Shown here piece after piece: positions 1 to 13,082 of a stretch of DNA of 64,000 nucleotides; the stretch's first letter is position 1, and each line of letters opens with the position of its first letter. The notes under the pieces were generated by a model. The model saw only the letters and a list, made by a program, of their open reading frames with translations, did not search any database and had not been told where the DNA came from. The stretch spans positions 66,864 through 130,863 of the forward strand of contig VGVZ01000004.1 of the NCBI GenBank assembly GCA_016873805.1, written 5' to 3'. The stretch is from Ignavibacteria bacterium. Lineage in GTDB: Bacteria > Bacteroidota > Ignavibacteria > UBA10030. Both the position numbers and the translations under genes were made by a program.

Positions 1-1203
1 ATGGTTGGCGCCGAAGTGATACGCAAGGTAGCGATAATTCGGGAGATCGCAAAGAATGAGGTCGGCCTTCTTTCCAACCTCGATGCTGCCGATTTGATCA
101 GACATCCTCACCGCCGCGGCGGCGTTGAACGTTGCGGCGGAGATCGCCTCCTCGGGGGTCATTCCCATATGCGTGCACGCGATCGTGAGCATCAGCGGCA
201 TGTCGTACGACATGCACGAACCCGGATTGAAGTCCGTCGCGATGGCTACCGCGACGCCGGAATCGATCAGCGCGCGGGCGGGCGCGTAGCCATGATTGAG
301 AAAGAACGAGACACCGGGAAGAAGAACGGCAACGGTTTCCGATGCAGCGAGATTCTTGATGCCGATGTCATCGATGTGCTCCAGATGGTCAGCCGAGACG
401 GCGTGGAGCTCGGCTGCAATCAACGATCCGCCGGATGAGGAGAGCTCGTCCGCATGCAGTTTCAATTTCAGGCCGAGACTTTTCCCCTTCAGCAGGATTC
501 TGCGCGCCTGTGCGGGGGAAAAATATCCGTTCTCACAAAATACATCGCAGAACTGTGCAAGCCCGCGTTTGGCCACATAGGGGAGCATTCGCTCGCACAC
601 GAGGTCGACATATCCATCCGGATTGTCGCGGAATTCCGGCGGCACCGCGTGGGCGCCGAGGAACGTAGAAATGATATCCATGTAGTGATCATTTGCCAGC
701 TCGGTGACTGCCTCCATCATCTTGATTTCGGAGTCGGGGTCCAATCCATATCCTGATTTGATTTCGACCGTCGTTGTGCCGTGCCGCAACATCGCGTCCA
801 GGCGGCGTGATGCCAGACGTTTCAGTTCCTTCTTCGTCGCCACTCGTGTCGCGCGAACGGTGCTCAGGATTCCACCCCCCGACTCAGCAATCTGCTGGTA
901 GCTTCTTCCTTGAGCTCTCATCGCGAACTCATCTTCCCGACTTCCCGCAAAGAGGAGATGCGTGTGGGCATCGACGAAACCGGGAAACGCAACGTACGGT
1001 GATCCATCCAGAACATCCAAATCATCCGGAACATCGTGACGGAACTCCTCATCTCTGCCCACCCATTCGATCTGACCGTTTCGAACCAGGATTGTGCCGT
1101 TCTCCACCAATCCGATCTCAGCGAGAGAGTTTTTCCGTTTGGTGGGCTTGCCGTCCGACGGGACGGTCACGATCTGTCTCAAGTTTCGGATGAGGAGATT
1201 CAT
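1..1203 (-). CDS. hutI: Imidazolonepropionase (3' end runs off the window; absent from the ORF track)
   Basis: Manual minus-strand translation from ATG at 1203: MNLLIRNLRQIVTV...PGFVDAHTHLLFAGSREDEFAMRAQGRSYQQIAESGGGILSTVRATR, ending YLAYHFGANH at the window edge; hutU is nearby. Confidence 0.93.
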   Translation of the reverse strand, partial: MNLLIRNLRQIVTVPSDGKPTKRKNSLAEIGLVENGTILVRNGQIEWVGRDEEFRHDVPDDLDVLDGSPYVAFPGFVDAHTHLLFAGSREDEFAMRAQGRSYQQIAESGGGILSTVRATRVATKKELKRLASRRLDAMLRHGTTTVEIKSGYGLDPDSEIKMMEAVTELANDHYMDIISTFLGAHAVPPEFRDNPDGYVDLVCERMLPYVAKRGLAQFCDVFCENGYFSPAQARRILLKGKSLGLKLKLHADELSSSGGSLIAAELHAVSADHLEHIDDIGIKNLAASETVAVLLPGVSFFLNHGYAPARALIDSGVAVAIATDFNPGSCMSYDMPLMLTIACTHMGMTPEEAISAATFNAAAAVRMSDQIGSIEVGKKADLILCDLPNYRYLAYHFGANH

Positions 1204-1459
1204 GTACGGTTCGCGTCGAGGTCGTGATTCGTGAGATTCACTGAGCCCGCGTCGTGTTATGAGGAGCGTGATTCGTTGTCCTGCTGCTTTTCCTCAAAGC
1301 CGATACACGTGACAACGGGCAGTTTTGGGTATTTATCGAAACGCGCGTCAGATTCAGCCAGCAGACATCGATAGAACATCGTGCCGCGGTTGGATCGCGC
1401 GCGGCGTGAGTAGCGGCATTGGCGACAGAGACCCGCTGATACATGTTCGCCCGGGTTCG

Positions 1460-4400
1460 TTATGTTGTCCCCCCTGAAAGCTCAGCGATGATCTTGCGGA
1501 TTCCATCGGACGCCTTCGCAAATTCTGCTTCCAGAAGCGGGAACGATTTCTGAAGCGGGTCCCACTCCTGCTGTGCTCCCTGGAGCTCGATGGTCTGACA
1601 GATATCCGACAGCACCTGCGCGCCGAAATTTGCCGTTGCTCCTTTGAGCGAGTGAGCCGCATTCTCCACCGCAGCATGATTCTTTTCCTTTATCGCGTTC
1701 AGCAGATCCGCACGAATCGTCTGGATGTTTTCAAGGAAATGATTTGCCAGATCCAAGACAAACTGAAGCTCGGTCTGCTCGATGAGAATCTTGACGCGCT
1801 CCACGATTGACGGATCAACATCCAGCCGACGAAGACTCTGCTCCAACGAATCTTCGCTGCCGGACGATTCCGCCGGTCTGGACCATTTGAGAATGACGTC
1901 ATGAAGATCGTCAAGTTTGAAAGGTTTTGAGAGGTAGTCATCCATGCCGGCGGCAAGACACCGTTCACGATCTCCTTCAGCGGCCGCCGCAGTCAAGGCA
2001 ATGATTTTCGGCCTTTTCCGGGCAGACTGTGTAGATACGATGCGCCGCGAAGTCTCTAATCCATCAAGCTCCGGCATGTGCACGTCCATGAAGATGATGT
2101 CGTATGATCGTTGCGACAGCGCGTCCAGGACTTCGAGACCATTCGACGCCGTAGAGGAATCGTAGCCAAGTTGTTTCAGCATTCGCTGAAGCAACTTCTG
2201 GTTGATCAGATTGTCTTCGGCAATAAGGATGTTGATGGCCAACGGTTTCCCTTTCTCTCGTTCCGGCATTTTGGGTTTGCGACTCATGCGATCGCCCGCT
2301 CCGAGAACGACGTTACAAATGACCTCAAAGAGTTGTCCGTGTTTCAGCGGCTTGGATGCGCTTGCCTGGAGGACGTCCTCGTCCCCCGGGTCGTTGAGGG
2401 AAAGCGAGCCTGCCGACGAAAGGAGAATCATCGGGAGAGACTGAGGTGTGCGCATCTTGCGAAGCTCTCGCCCGAGGTCGAGGCCATTCATCTCCGGGAT
2501 AATTCCATCGAGAATGGCGAGATCGAACGGATCTCCGTTCTTCACCCACTCGATTGCTTGTTGCGGCGACGTGGTGGTCCGGGCGATCATTCCCCAACGC
2601 TGACACTGGAATTCGAGGATCTGGAGGTTTGTTACGTTGTCGTCGACGATGAGCACACGCTTGTTGGTCAGCTCGGGGGTCTGTCCCTTGAGATAAACTC
2701 TCGGGAGAGTGTCGGTGATATCCGATGCGGATGTCGGAAGAGTGAATGAAAACGTCGAACCCTTTCCAGGCTCGCTCTCGACCCAGATTCGCCCTCCCAT
2801 TAATGCAACGAGTTTCGAACATATCGCCAATCCCAATCCCGTTCCGCCGTACTTCCGCGTCGTGGAAGAATCAACCTGCGTAAATGACTGAAAGAGTCGG
2901 TCTTGTTTGTCTTTGGGAATGCCGATTCCCGTGTCGCGAACCTCGATGTGGAGATCGATGACCTCGTTTGTATTCTTTTCGACGCGAACGGAAACCAGAA
3001 TCTCTCCACGGTCGGTGAATTTCACGGCGTTGCTGCAGAGATTCAGCAGGACCTGACGGACCCGCGTCTCATCGCCGATGATATGCGCCGTGAGCCGGGG
3101 ATCGACAGTGTAGAGGAGATCGATGTTCTTCTCGAGTGCTCGCGGAGCGAGGAGGTCAAATACATTTTCAATGGTATTCCGCAGATCGAACGGCTTCTGT
3201 TCGATGTCCACCTTTCCGGATTCGATCTTGGAGAAGTCGAGGATATCGTTGATCACGGCGAGCAATGCTTCCCCGCTGATCTGAATGGTCTGAACGAATT
3301 CCGTCTGTTCGTCGGACAGTTCGGTTTTTTGGAGCAATTCGGTCGTCCCGATCACAGCGTTCATGGGCGTTCTGATTTCGTGGCTCATTGTGGCTAGAAA
3401 GAGCGACTTGGCCTGGGTGGCGGCTTCCGCGGCTTCCTTGGCAACAATGATAGCCTCCTCGGCCTGCTTGCGCTGCGTGATATCGGAAATGAATCCCATG
3501 AACAGTCGGGGTTCGCCTCGGAGATAGCTCAAACTGACGTCGATCGGGAACTTCGTGCCGTCCCTACGGCGGCCGTAGAGATCCATTCCGGAACCCATCG
3601 GACGGAGCGTCGGTGCCTCCGAGAATCCTTTTCGTTGCCGGAGATGTTTCACGCGTTGTTCCTCCGGCACGAGAATTTCGAGCTCCCGTCCCTCCAGTTC
3701 GTTCTTTTCGTATCCGAAGATTCTCTCCGATTCCCGGTTCGTCAATGTGATTCGTCCATCCTCATCGGTGATGATGATCGCGACCGGAGCCGATTCGAAG
3801 AGCGTGCGGAACTTCTCCTCGCTTTCGCGGAGGTTCTGTTCGGCCTTCTTGTCCGCCGTAATGTCCCGATAGATGGCATAGATGCCGATGTGCTGGTCGC
3901 GCGTCGTGATCGGGGTCGCAAGGAGAGAAACATCAATCAGCGATCCGTCTTTCCGCTTTCGAACGGTTTGTGCGCGCAAGATTCGCTTGCTCTTGGTGTA
4001 GAGAGAGAACGCCTTGGCCTCCTCCTCGAACGTATCCGGAACGATAAGATCATTGACCTTGTGACCGATCAATTCGTTGCGTTGGAACTGGAACATTTCC
4101 GTAAACTGCCGGTTTGCATCGACGACCGCATCCTCGCTGTCTACGAGCAATATTCCTTCCGGAGCGTGCTCGAAGAGCTGCTGGAAATAGGCTTTCTGCA
4201 GCAGCAGCTCCTCGCGATTCTTTCGCCGTTCGGTCACATCCCGTCCGACGGCATAGATCTGTTCCCGATCCGGATAGGAGACGGCCGTCCATTCGGTCCA
4301 AAGATACGATCCGTCGGCGCATCGAAATCTCGTCTCGAACGAAATCAGCGGAACGCCGCGGACCACCTGCAGGAATCGCTGGAAGGTGCCGTCGCGATCA

Positions 4401-5089
4401 TCCGGATGAATGAGATCGAGAAACGGCGTCTCCTTCAATGCCGAGATGCTATATCCGAGGATGACCTGCCACGAATGGTTCAGCGACTTCAGTTTTCCAT
4501 CGAAGCCGGTGATGCACAGAAGATCAATCGAAAGGTTGAAGAACCGATCGCGTTCTTCTTCGGCAAGCTTTCGGAGGGTAATATCGCGGACAATCGCCTG
4601 GGACCCGAGAACCGCTCCGTTCTTCTGCATGAGGTGGACGCTCTGGCCGACCCAGAGCGAGCGCCCCGATTTCGTGACGACCTGGAATTCGCGGTAGGAA
4701 TTTGGGATACGTTCAGAGAATTGGCGGAAGTAGAACTTTCGGACAGCGTCCCGGAAATCGGGATGAACAAAGAACGTAAAATGCTTCCCGTGAATCTCCT
4801 TGAGGGAGTACTCCATCACACGAACGGCGACCGGATTCGCATAAACGAATCTTCCGCGTTCATCCGTCCGATAGATAATGTCGTTTGCCGCTTCGACGAG
4901 GTGCCTGAACTCGGCATCGGATTCGATCAAGGGGAGAGGGGAAAGACGCGATCGTTTCCCGTCTCGACGTCCCTTCTTTTCGCTCTTCTGGCGTTGGTTT
5001 TTACCGATGGGGGAGGGAGATTTCGCGGATTTAGATTTGCGCTGCTCCGGCTTCTTCTTCTTGAGAGGGTCCTTTTTGCGTCGGGTCAT
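1460..5089 (-). CDS. Cytoplasmic hybrid sensor histidine kinase: 4 PAS, HisKA/HATPase, 2 receiver domains, Hpt
   Basis: H-box [11 protein letters not shown]2 box GGTGLGL, receivers VLIVDDN and ILIAEDN, Hpt AHSLKG, four PAS/PAC segments ending in RDIT/RDVT/SDIT. Confidence 0.95.
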   Translation of the reverse strand: MTRRKKDPLKKKKPEQRKSKSAKSPSPIGKNQRQKSEKKGRRDGKRSRLSPLPLIESDAEFRHLVEAANDIIYRTDERGRFVYANPVAVRVMEYSLKEIHGKHFTFFVHPDFRDAVRKFYFRQFSERIPNSYREFQVVTKSGRSLWVGQSVHLMQKNGAVLGSQAIVRDITLRKLAEEERDRFFNLSIDLLCITGFDGKLKSLNHSWQVILGYSISALKETPFLDLIHPDDRDGTFQRFLQVVRGVPLISFETRFRCADGSYLWTEWTAVSYPDREQIYAVGRDVTERRKNREELLLQKAYFQQLFEHAPEGILLVDSEDAVVDANRQFTEMFQFQRNELIGHKVNDLIVPDTFEEEAKAFSLYTKSKRILRAQTVRKRKDGSLIDVSLLATPITTRDQHIGIYAIYRDITADKKAEQNLRESEEKFRTLFESAPVAIIITDEDGRITLTNRESERIFGYEKNELEGRELEILVPEEQRVKHLRQRKGFSEAPTLRPMGSGMDLYGRRRDGTKFPIDVSLSYLRGEPRLFMGFISDITQRKQAEEAIIVAKEAAEAATQAKSLFLATMSHEIRTPMNAVIGTTELLQKTELSDEQTEFVQTIQISGEALLAVINDILDFSKIESGKVDIEQKPFDLRNTIENVFDLLAPRALEKNIDLLYTVDPRLTAHIIGDETRVRQVLLNLCSNAVKFTDRGEILVSVRVEKNTNEVIDLHIEVRDTGIGIPKDKQDRLFQSFTQVDSSTTRKYGGTGLGLAICSKLVALMGGRIWVESEPGKGSTFSFTLPTSASDITDTLPRVYLKGQTPELTNKRVLIVDDNVTNLQILEFQCQRWGMIARTTTSPQQAIEWVKNGDPFDLAILDGIIPEMNGLDLGRELRKMRTPQSLPMILLSSAGSLSLNDPGDEDVLQASASKPLKHGQLFEVICNVVLGAGDRMSRKPKMPEREKGKPLAINILIAEDNLINQKLLQRMLKQLGYDSSTASNGLEVLDALSQRSYDIIFMDVHMPELDGLETSRRIVSTQSARKRPKIIALTAAAAEGDRERCLAAGMDDYLSKPFKLDDLHDVILKWSRPAESSGSEDSLEQSLRRLDVDPSIVERVKILIEQTELQFVLDLANHFLENIQTIRADLLNAIKEKNHAAVENAAHSLKGATANFGAQVLSDICQTIELQGAQQEWDPLQKSFPLLEAEFAKASDGIRKIIAELSGGTT

Positions 5090-5149
5090 ATCACTCCATC
5101 ACAATCCTGATACACTGCCTATCTGATTCACAACCTTCACACGCCGAGC

Positions 5150-6811
5150 TTACTTGATCATGGGGACAGCAACACCCCATTTTTTTGCATTCTCAATGGC
5201 GCGCTCATACCCGGCATCAGCGTGCCGTACGATTCCCATGCCGGGATCATATGTGAGGACGCGCTGGAGCCGTGCCTCGGCTTCGTGGGAACCTGTGCAA
5301 ACAACCACCATCCCCGCGTGAAGAGAGAGGCCCATTCCCACGCCGCCTCCATGATGCACGCTCACCCAGCTCGCTCCTCCCACCGCGTTCAGCATCGCGT
5401 TCAAAATTGGCCAGTCGGCAATGGCGTCGCTTCCATCCTTCATTCCTTCGGTCTCCCGGTTGGGTGAGGCGACGCTGCCGCAATCGAGGTGGTCGCGCCC
5501 GATCACAATGGGAGCCTTCACCTCGCCATGAGCGACAAGCTCGTTGAAAATTCTCCCCAACTTGGCTCGTTCGCCATACCCGAGCCAACAAATTCGTGCC
5601 GGCAGTCCCTGGAAGGCCACTGATTGTTGAGCTTTCTCGATCCAGTTGCGGAGCTGGATATTCTCAGGAAATGTTTCGATGACTGCCCGATCCGTCCGGT
5701 AGATGTCTTGAGGATCGCCGGAGAGTGCAACCCACCGGAAGGGACCTTTGCCGTCGCAGAAGAGCGGACGGATATATTCGGGCACGAACCCGGGAATACT
5801 GAAGGCGTTCTTCACTCCGTTGGCGAGTGCTTCTCCGCGGATATTGTTCCCGTAGTCGAACACAACCGCGCCGCGTTTCTGCAACCGAAGGAGCCCTCGC
5901 ACGTGTTCAACGATTGACCGCTTCGCGAGCGAGACGTACTTCTTCGGATTCTTCTTGCGGAGCTCGAGTGCCTTGCGGTACTCCAAGCCGGCCGGGACGT
6001 ATCCGTGAAGCGTATCGTGTGCCGACGTTTGATCGGTGACGATGTCGGGGAGGAACGTACCGGCCGCGATCGCGGGGATGATCTCTGCCGCATTGCCGAG
6101 CAGACCGACCGAGAGCGGCTTTCGGTTATCCTTGGCCTCCCGGATCATCTCGAGCGCGTCGTCGAGGCGCTGCGTCATACGGTCGAGATATTTCGTTTCA
6201 AGCCGCCGTCGGATTCGGTTTCTATCGACCTCAACGACCAGGCATGCCGCGCCGTTCATCGTTGCCGCCAGCGGTTGTGCGCCCCCCATTCCTCCGAGTC
6301 CTGCAGTCAGAATGAATTTCCCGGCAAGCGAACCTCCGAAATGCTGCTGGGCACAAGCGCCAAAAGTCTCGTAGGTACCCTGAAGAATCCCCTGCGTCCC
6401 GATGTAGATCCAGCTTCCCGCGGTCATTTGGCCATACATCGTCAGGCCGAGAGCCTCGAGGCGCCGGAACTCGTCCCACGTGGCCCATTGCGGAACGAGC
6501 ATCGAATTGCTGATGAGAACTCTTGGAGCGTTCAGGTGGGTCTTGAACACTCCCACCGGTTTTCCCGATTGGACAAGCAGAGTCTCGTCCTCGTCGAGGC
6601 CCCGCAGCACGTCGACAATCGAATCAAAACACTTCCAGTTCCGGGCAGCCTTTCCCGTTCCTCCATACACGATCAATTCCTGAGGCCTTTCTGCGACCTC
6701 CGGATCGAGGTTGTTCATGAGCATCCGCAAGGCGGCCTCTTGAATCCAGCCCTTGCACGACATTTCCCGGCCCCGGGGGGCGCGAACAATCCGTGCAGGC
6801 GACTTACTCAT
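5150..6811 (-). CDS. hutU: Urocanate hydratase
   Basis: [52 protein letters not shown]; start taken at MSKSP. Confidence 0.98.
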   Translation of the reverse strand: MSKSPARIVRAPRGREMSCKGWIQEAALRMLMNNLDPEVAERPQELIVYGGTGKAARNWKCFDSIVDVLRGLDEDETLLVQSGKPVGVFKTHLNAPRVLISNSMLVPQWATWDEFRRLEALGLTMYGQMTAGSWIYIGTQGILQGTYETFGACAQQHFGGSLAGKFILTAGLGGMGGAQPLAATMNGAACLVVEVDRNRIRRRLETKYLDRMTQRLDDALEMIREAKDNRKPLSVGLLGNAAEIIPAIAAGTFLPDIVTDQTSAHDTLHGYVPAGLEYRKALELRKKNPKKYVSLAKRSIVEHVRGLLRLQKRGAVVFDYGNNIRGEALANGVKNAFSIPGFVPEYIRPLFCDGKGPFRWVALSGDPQDIYRTDRAVIETFPENIQLRNWIEKAQQSVAFQGLPARICWLGYGERAKLGRIFNELVAHGEVKAPIVIGRDHLDCGSVASPNRETEGMKDGSDAIADWPILNAMLNAVGGASWVSVHHGGGVGMGLSLHAGMVVVCTGSHEAEARLQRVLTYDPGMGIVRHADAGYERAIENAKKWGVAVPMIK

Positions 6812-7307
6812 CGGAGACCTCCTTATACGCAATCGCGGCGATCTCGACGATGGCGTTCCGAGGGAGATTCGAAACCCCGACCGTTGTACGGGCAGGAAAT
6901 GTTCCCTCCGCGAAGTATCCGCCGTAGATCAAGTTCATCTTCTGAAAATCATTGATGTCTTTCATGAACACCGTACACTGGATCACATGACTCGAATCAC
7001 ATCCTGCCTTTGCGAGGATGTCCATGAGGTTCTTGAGGGCCTGGCGAGTCTGACTCTCGATGTCGTCACCGACCAAGCGCATCGTCTCACGATCGAGGCC
7101 GATCTGTCCGGAAACAAAGAGAAAGTTCCCGGCACGAACCGCGGGAGAGTACGGACCGATCACCTGAGCGTCGGTGATGTACGTAACTTCCGTGGCCCTG
7201 GAGAGTTCCTGCTGAACCATGATTCGGAGGTCCTCATCTGATGGTCCGCAACCCGCGTATCCCAGTGCTAGTGTGCATACGGTAGCGACAACCAGTACTC
7301 TTCGCAT
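6804..7307 (-). CDS. RidA/YjgF-family protein with an N-terminal lipoprotein-like signal
   Basis: [28 protein letters not shown]; N-terminus [20 protein letters not shown]. Confidence 0.88.
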   Translation of the reverse strand: MRRVLVVATVCTLALGYAGCGPSDEDLRIMVQQELSRATEVTYITDAQVIGPYSPAVRAGNFLFVSGQIGLDRETMRLVGDDIESQTRQALKNLMDILAKAGCDSSHVIQCTVFMKDINDFQKMNLIYGGYFAEGTFPARTTVGVSNLPRNAIVEIAAIAYKEVSDE

Positions 7308-7338
7308 GATGCACCTTCCCAAAGCTCGAGCGCTTTGC

Positions 7339-7821
7339 CTACAGTTTATATCCGAATGTTCTCAGAAGTTCTTTGCGCTTCTGGATATCGGCGTCTGTCT
7401 CAATCCCCCTGCTTTTCAAACCATCGATCACTCCCATAATGCCTCGTCCTTGCTCCGTCTCCATCACGATTACCTCCGTCGGATTTGCGGTCGCACAATA
7501 GATGTGGCAAACTTCCGGTACGGCTTTGATCGTGTTGAGGATATTGACCGGGAATCCATGTTCCATGAACAGGATAAAGCAGTGACCGCAGGAGAGACTG
7601 AGTGCGTTTGCTTTCGCGAGTTCGATGAGAGAAGCATCGTTGCCGACCCATCGGACAAGCGCCGGTCCCGATGATTCACAGAATCCCAATCCGAACTTCA
7701 TCGCGGGATTGGTTTGAACGATTGCCTCGTAGATATCTTCGACGGTCTTGATGAAGTGACTCTGACCGAGGATGAAGTTCGTATTCTCCGGCTTTTCGAT
7801 CCTCACAAGCTTCAATTCCAT
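7339..7821 (-). CDS. DUF355 / adenosine-specific kinase family protein
   Basis: NFILGQSHFIKTVED, FGLGFCESSG, CATANP, GRGIMGVIDG, C-terminal GYKL. Confidence 0.88.
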   Translation of the reverse strand: MELKLVRIEKPENTNFILGQSHFIKTVEDIYEAIVQTNPAMKFGLGFCESSGPALVRWVGNDASLIELAKANALSLSCGHCFILFMEHGFPVNILNTIKAVPEVCHIYCATANPTEVIVMETEQGRGIMGVIDGLKSRGIETDADIQKRKELLRTFGYKL

Positions 7822-7875
7822 ATATCCTCCGTGGCTGAAAGGATAATCCCCTCTGGCGGAACTGATCGCGGCGCC

Positions 7876-8367
7876 TCAGGGAGTTGCGTCAATTTCCATG
7901 AGCGACACGGGGACGATCCAACGAAGAACGCCCGCGCCTCTCTGGAGGGGCTTCTGGACCGCCAGACAGGCGAGTGATCCCTTCTTCATCTCAATGTGTG
8001 AAGTCTCGGAGCCCGTTACGAGAATCGATATCAGGCCGCTCAGATGCGGCTCGTGACCCACGATCAGAATGGCCGGATCGGATCGCGCGCTAAGCTCTGA
8101 GAACAGACTTGCAGGATCGGTGCCGGGAACGAGGGATTCAGATGTGAGAACCGAACCGGTCTGCAACGTCTTCTCGACGATGGCACCCGTCTCTTGCGCA
8201 CGGACCAAGGGGCTGGTGAGAACCGTGCTCACCGTTGTCTTTGAAGCGGCGAAGAAGCGTGCGACGCTTTCGATTTCTTTCTGCCCGCGAATGCTGAGCG
8301 GCCGTTCATGATCCGCGAGCACCGGGGCCGAATCTGCATCGCCGTGACGGAGGAGATAAAGAAGCAT
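7876..8367 (-). CDS. sixA: Phosphohistidine phosphatase
   Basis: LYLLRHG, RPLS, TSPLVRAQET, IVGHEP. Confidence 0.9.
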   Translation of the reverse strand: MLLYLLRHGDADSAPVLADHERPLSIRGQKEIESVARFFAASKTTVSTVLTSPLVRAQETGAIVEKTLQTGSVLTSESLVPGTDPASLFSELSARSDPAILIVGHEPHLSGLISILVTGSETSHIEMKKGSLACLAVQKPLQRGAGVLRWIVPVSLMEIDATP

Positions 8368-8424
8368 GGGGAGACCTCATGTAGTCAGGAGAAGCTCGCT
8401 TGACGCGAGGTGATGAGCGTTGAA

Positions 8425-9816
<1,392 letters not shown>

Positions 9817-9823
9817 TCCGCAG

Positions 9824-10927
9824 TCAACGTACAGGAAGAGCGAAATAGAACGTCGTGATTTTGCCGGGCTCTGATTCGACCCAGATTTTGCCGTTGTGCG
9901 CTTCGATAATCCGTTGGCAGATCATCAGGCCTAGTCCGGTACTGCGTTGCTCGTCCTTCTTCTCATCAACTATTCGAAACCGGTCGAAAATGCGTGGGAT
10001 CTCCTCGGGTGGAATGCCCTCCCCCGTGTTCATGACAGAAACCATGATGAAGTCCGATGGTTCCAGGCCTTCCTCCAATACCAATGCGACGGCTTGAGCT
10101 TTCAGTTCGATGGCACCCCCCTCGGGGGCATACTTGACGGCGTTACTGAGGAGGTTTTCGAGAACTTGTTCGATCTTTTCCTGATCGTATTCGATCGGGG
10201 TGATCTCCGGATCGGACTCAAAGGTTAGTGAGATCTTCTTCGATTCGATCGGAATGTGATATTCCTGAAGGATCTTGGCAATCGAATCGTTGGGATTGCT
10301 GATGCCTTTGTTCAACCGTACCCGTCCTCCCTCGAGTTTTGTCAAGTCCATCATGTCGTCGAGCAGGTGGATGACCTTGTCGATGGTCGTCGTCATATAG
10401 GTCAGGAGCTCGCGCTGATGATCTCCGACCGGGCCGGCCATCCCTTTCATCAGATAGCCGATACTCTGTTTCAGCCCGTTGATGGGATTGCGGAGGTCGT
10501 AGAGCAGGCGCGCCGTATGTTCGGCCTGAAGATTCTGGATTCGCTCTTCGGCATCTCGCTTCCGGATGATCGAGCGAATCTGCGTGCCGAGAACGTTCAT
10601 GTCCAGCGGCTTGGTGAGATAGTCGCTTGCCCCAAGCTTCATCGCCTCGACGGCCATCGAAATATCACTCATGCCCGTCATGAGAATCACCTCGGTCTCG
10701 AGGATGTTCTTCTTGATGAATCTCAGAACTTCGAGCCCATTCTGACCGGGCATCTTGATGTCGAGAAGTGCAATCTGGTAGGCGGAAGACTGAAGCTTCT
10801 GAATCGCTTCGTCGCCGTCCGCCGCATCGTCAACTTCGAATCCCTCATCCTGGAGCCAAGCGCTGATGGAGAGCCGGAGCGAGTCCTCATCATCAGCGAT
10901 CAGTACCCGTATCTTTTCGCTAGTCAT
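9824..10927 (-). CDS. Receiver-HisKA-HATPase protein with a degenerate H-box
   Basis: Receiver (IADDE, LLDIKMP), YDLRNP in place of HDLRNP, NLLSNAVKY, STGLGL. Confidence 0.88.
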   Translation of the reverse strand: MTSEKIRVLIADDEDSLRLSISAWLQDEGFEVDDAADGDEAIQKLQSSAYQIALLDIKMPGQNGLEVLRFIKKNILETEVILMTGMSDISMAVEAMKLGASDYLTKPLDMNVLGTQIRSIIRKRDAEERIQNLQAEHTARLLYDLRNPINGLKQSIGYLMKGMAGPVGDHQRELLTYMTTTIDKVIHLLDDMMDLTKLEGGRVRLNKGISNPNDSIAKILQEYHIPIESKKISLTFESDPEITPIEYDQEKIEQVLENLLSNAVKYAPEGGAIELKAQAVALVLEEGLEPSDFIMVSVMNTGEGIPPEEIPRIFDRFRIVDEKKDEQRSTGLGLMICQRIIEAHNGKIWVESEPGKITTFYFALPVR

Positions 10928-11123
10928 TCGGTGTCGTGCTTTCTGCGGCTATTCGGAAATGACAGTACTGCTAGACGGGACCAACGCAACATCTCACAGG
11001 ATTGGCATAGGCCGTCGGCGCAGATGCGGCGACGGGAGAAGACGGCCATCGCGTGTGAGAGTTCTTGAATCCAAAAGTATTGACTTTGCGGCGAAAAGTC
11101 AATTTGATGCAATCGTAGGATAC

Positions 11124-11152
11124 TTGAACCATACACCTCAAATTTCTATATT
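11124..11152 (+). promoter_or_regulatory. Putative sigma-70 promoter of the tRNA-Gly locus
   Basis: TTGAAC (11124-29), 17 bp spacer, TATATT (11147-52). Confidence 0.55.
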
Positions 11153-11217
11153 GAGCAGGCTTTCAATGATCGATTCCTGCCGCACGTCGCCTGGACCAAG
11201 TTGAAAGAAGAGGTTTC

Positions 11218-11348
11218 GCGGGAGTAATTCCCCGCCATACATCGGCGGGAGTAGAATGTCAGCTTCTTCCAAAAGTCCCCACGAGTCCCGCAAAGCGGGA
11301 TGAGTGGATGGAATTTTGAGAATCCCGCCGAAGGCGGGACCAGGCTGA
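11218..11348 (+). pseudogene. Degenerate 5'-half copy of tRNA-Gly with hairpin inserts in the D-loop and anticodon loop
   Basis: gcgggagtaattc, hairpin, gtagaatgtcagcttc, 73 bp insert, ccaggctga; the flanking blocks match the intact tRNA 144 bp downstream. Confidence 0.8.
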
Positions 11349-11361
11349 GAGGGGTGATTTC

Positions 11362-11850
<489 letters not shown>

Positions 11851-12041
11851 ACAAAAAGATGACTACTCGCTGAGAGGTATCGAGCATCATTGCCGTTCGT
11901 CATTGAGCCGCTCTCAATTCGTTGTGTGAATTTGTCGAGTGGCTCTCTCTGTTTCTGCGCAAATGCAGGGGAACACCAATCGCCCGCGTTGCGTCAAAGA
12001 TCGATGTTTGATGTTGAAGAAACCGAAAAAGGAGAACCGGT

Positions 12042-13025
12042 GTGGATATCAAAGCCATCAACGAAATGATACAGAAAGAAAGCGCATTTGTCGATACGCT
12101 TACCTCTGAGGTCGGAAAGACAATCGTTGGGCAGAAGTACATGGTCGAGCGATTGTTGATCGGACTTCTCTGCAACGGCCACATCCTTCTGGAAGGAGTT
12201 CCCGGTCTTGCCAAGACGCTGACGATCCGCTCGCTGGCTGCGGCCATTGATACCAGGTTCCAGAGGATCCAGTTTACACCGGACCTTCTTCCTGCGGATC
12301 TGATCGGCACGCTGATCTACAATCAAAAAGAGGGGAAATTCGAAACACGAAAAGGTCCGATCTTCTCCAATTTCATTCTCGCCGACGAAATCAATCGTGC
12401 CCCGGCGAAAGTGCAGAGCGCCTTGCTCGAAGCGATGCAGGAACGTCAGGTGACGATCGGCGAAGAGACCTTCAAGCTCAGTGAACCGTTTGTGGTCCTC
12501 GCGACACAGAATCCCATAGAGCAGGAGGGGACGTATCCGCTGCCCGAGGCACAAGTTGACCGCTTCATGCTCAAGATCAAGATCGACTATCCCACGCGCG
12601 ATGAGGAAATCCTCATCATGCGCGAGAACCTCAACGGGATGCCGACTCCCGGCACACCGGTGATGACGCCGCAGCAAATCCTCTCGGCACGTGAGGCCGT
12701 CAAGAACGTCTATATGGATGAAAAGATCGAGAGATACATTCTTGATATTGTGTTCGCGACCCGTGAGCCATCTGCGCAAAAGCTCGACAAGCTCGCGCCG
12801 ATGATCAGCTACGGTGCATCGCCCCGCGCGTCGATCAACCTCGCCTTGGGGGCGAAGGCACACGCGTTCGTCAAACGACGCGGCTATGTCATTCCGGAGG
12901 ACGTGCGCAGTGTGGCCATGGACGTGCTACGACATCGCGTGGCGGTAACCTATGAAGCGGAGGCGGAAGAAGTAACCGCCGAGCACATTGTTCAGGAAAT
13001 TCTGAATCACGTGGAGGTACCGTAG
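12042..13025 (+). CDS. moxR: MoxR-family AAA+ ATPase
   Basis: LLEGVPGLAKT, RIQFTPDLLPAD, ADEINRAPAKVQSALLEAM, YPLPEAQVDRF. Confidence 0.95.
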   Translation: MDIKAINEMIQKESAFVDTLTSEVGKTIVGQKYMVERLLIGLLCNGHILLEGVPGLAKTLTIRSLAAAIDTRFQRIQFTPDLLPADLIGTLIYNQKEGKFETRKGPIFSNFILADEINRAPAKVQSALLEAMQERQVTIGEETFKLSEPFVVLATQNPIEQEGTYPLPEAQVDRFMLKIKIDYPTRDEEILIMRENLNGMPTPGTPVMTPQQILSAREAVKNVYMDEKIERYILDIVFATREPSAQKLDKLAPMISYGASPRASINLALGAKAHAFVKRRGYVIPEDVRSVAMDVLRHRVAVTYEAEAEEVTAEHIVQEILNHVEVP

Positions 13026-13082
13026 AATCGTGGACTCGTCTCGGGCAAATCCCCGCGCATGGAGTCATCCTCTGGGAGGAAG

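Noticed and set aside
1-1227. Plus-strand ORFs at the left edge
   Set aside because: They are antisense shadows of hutI.
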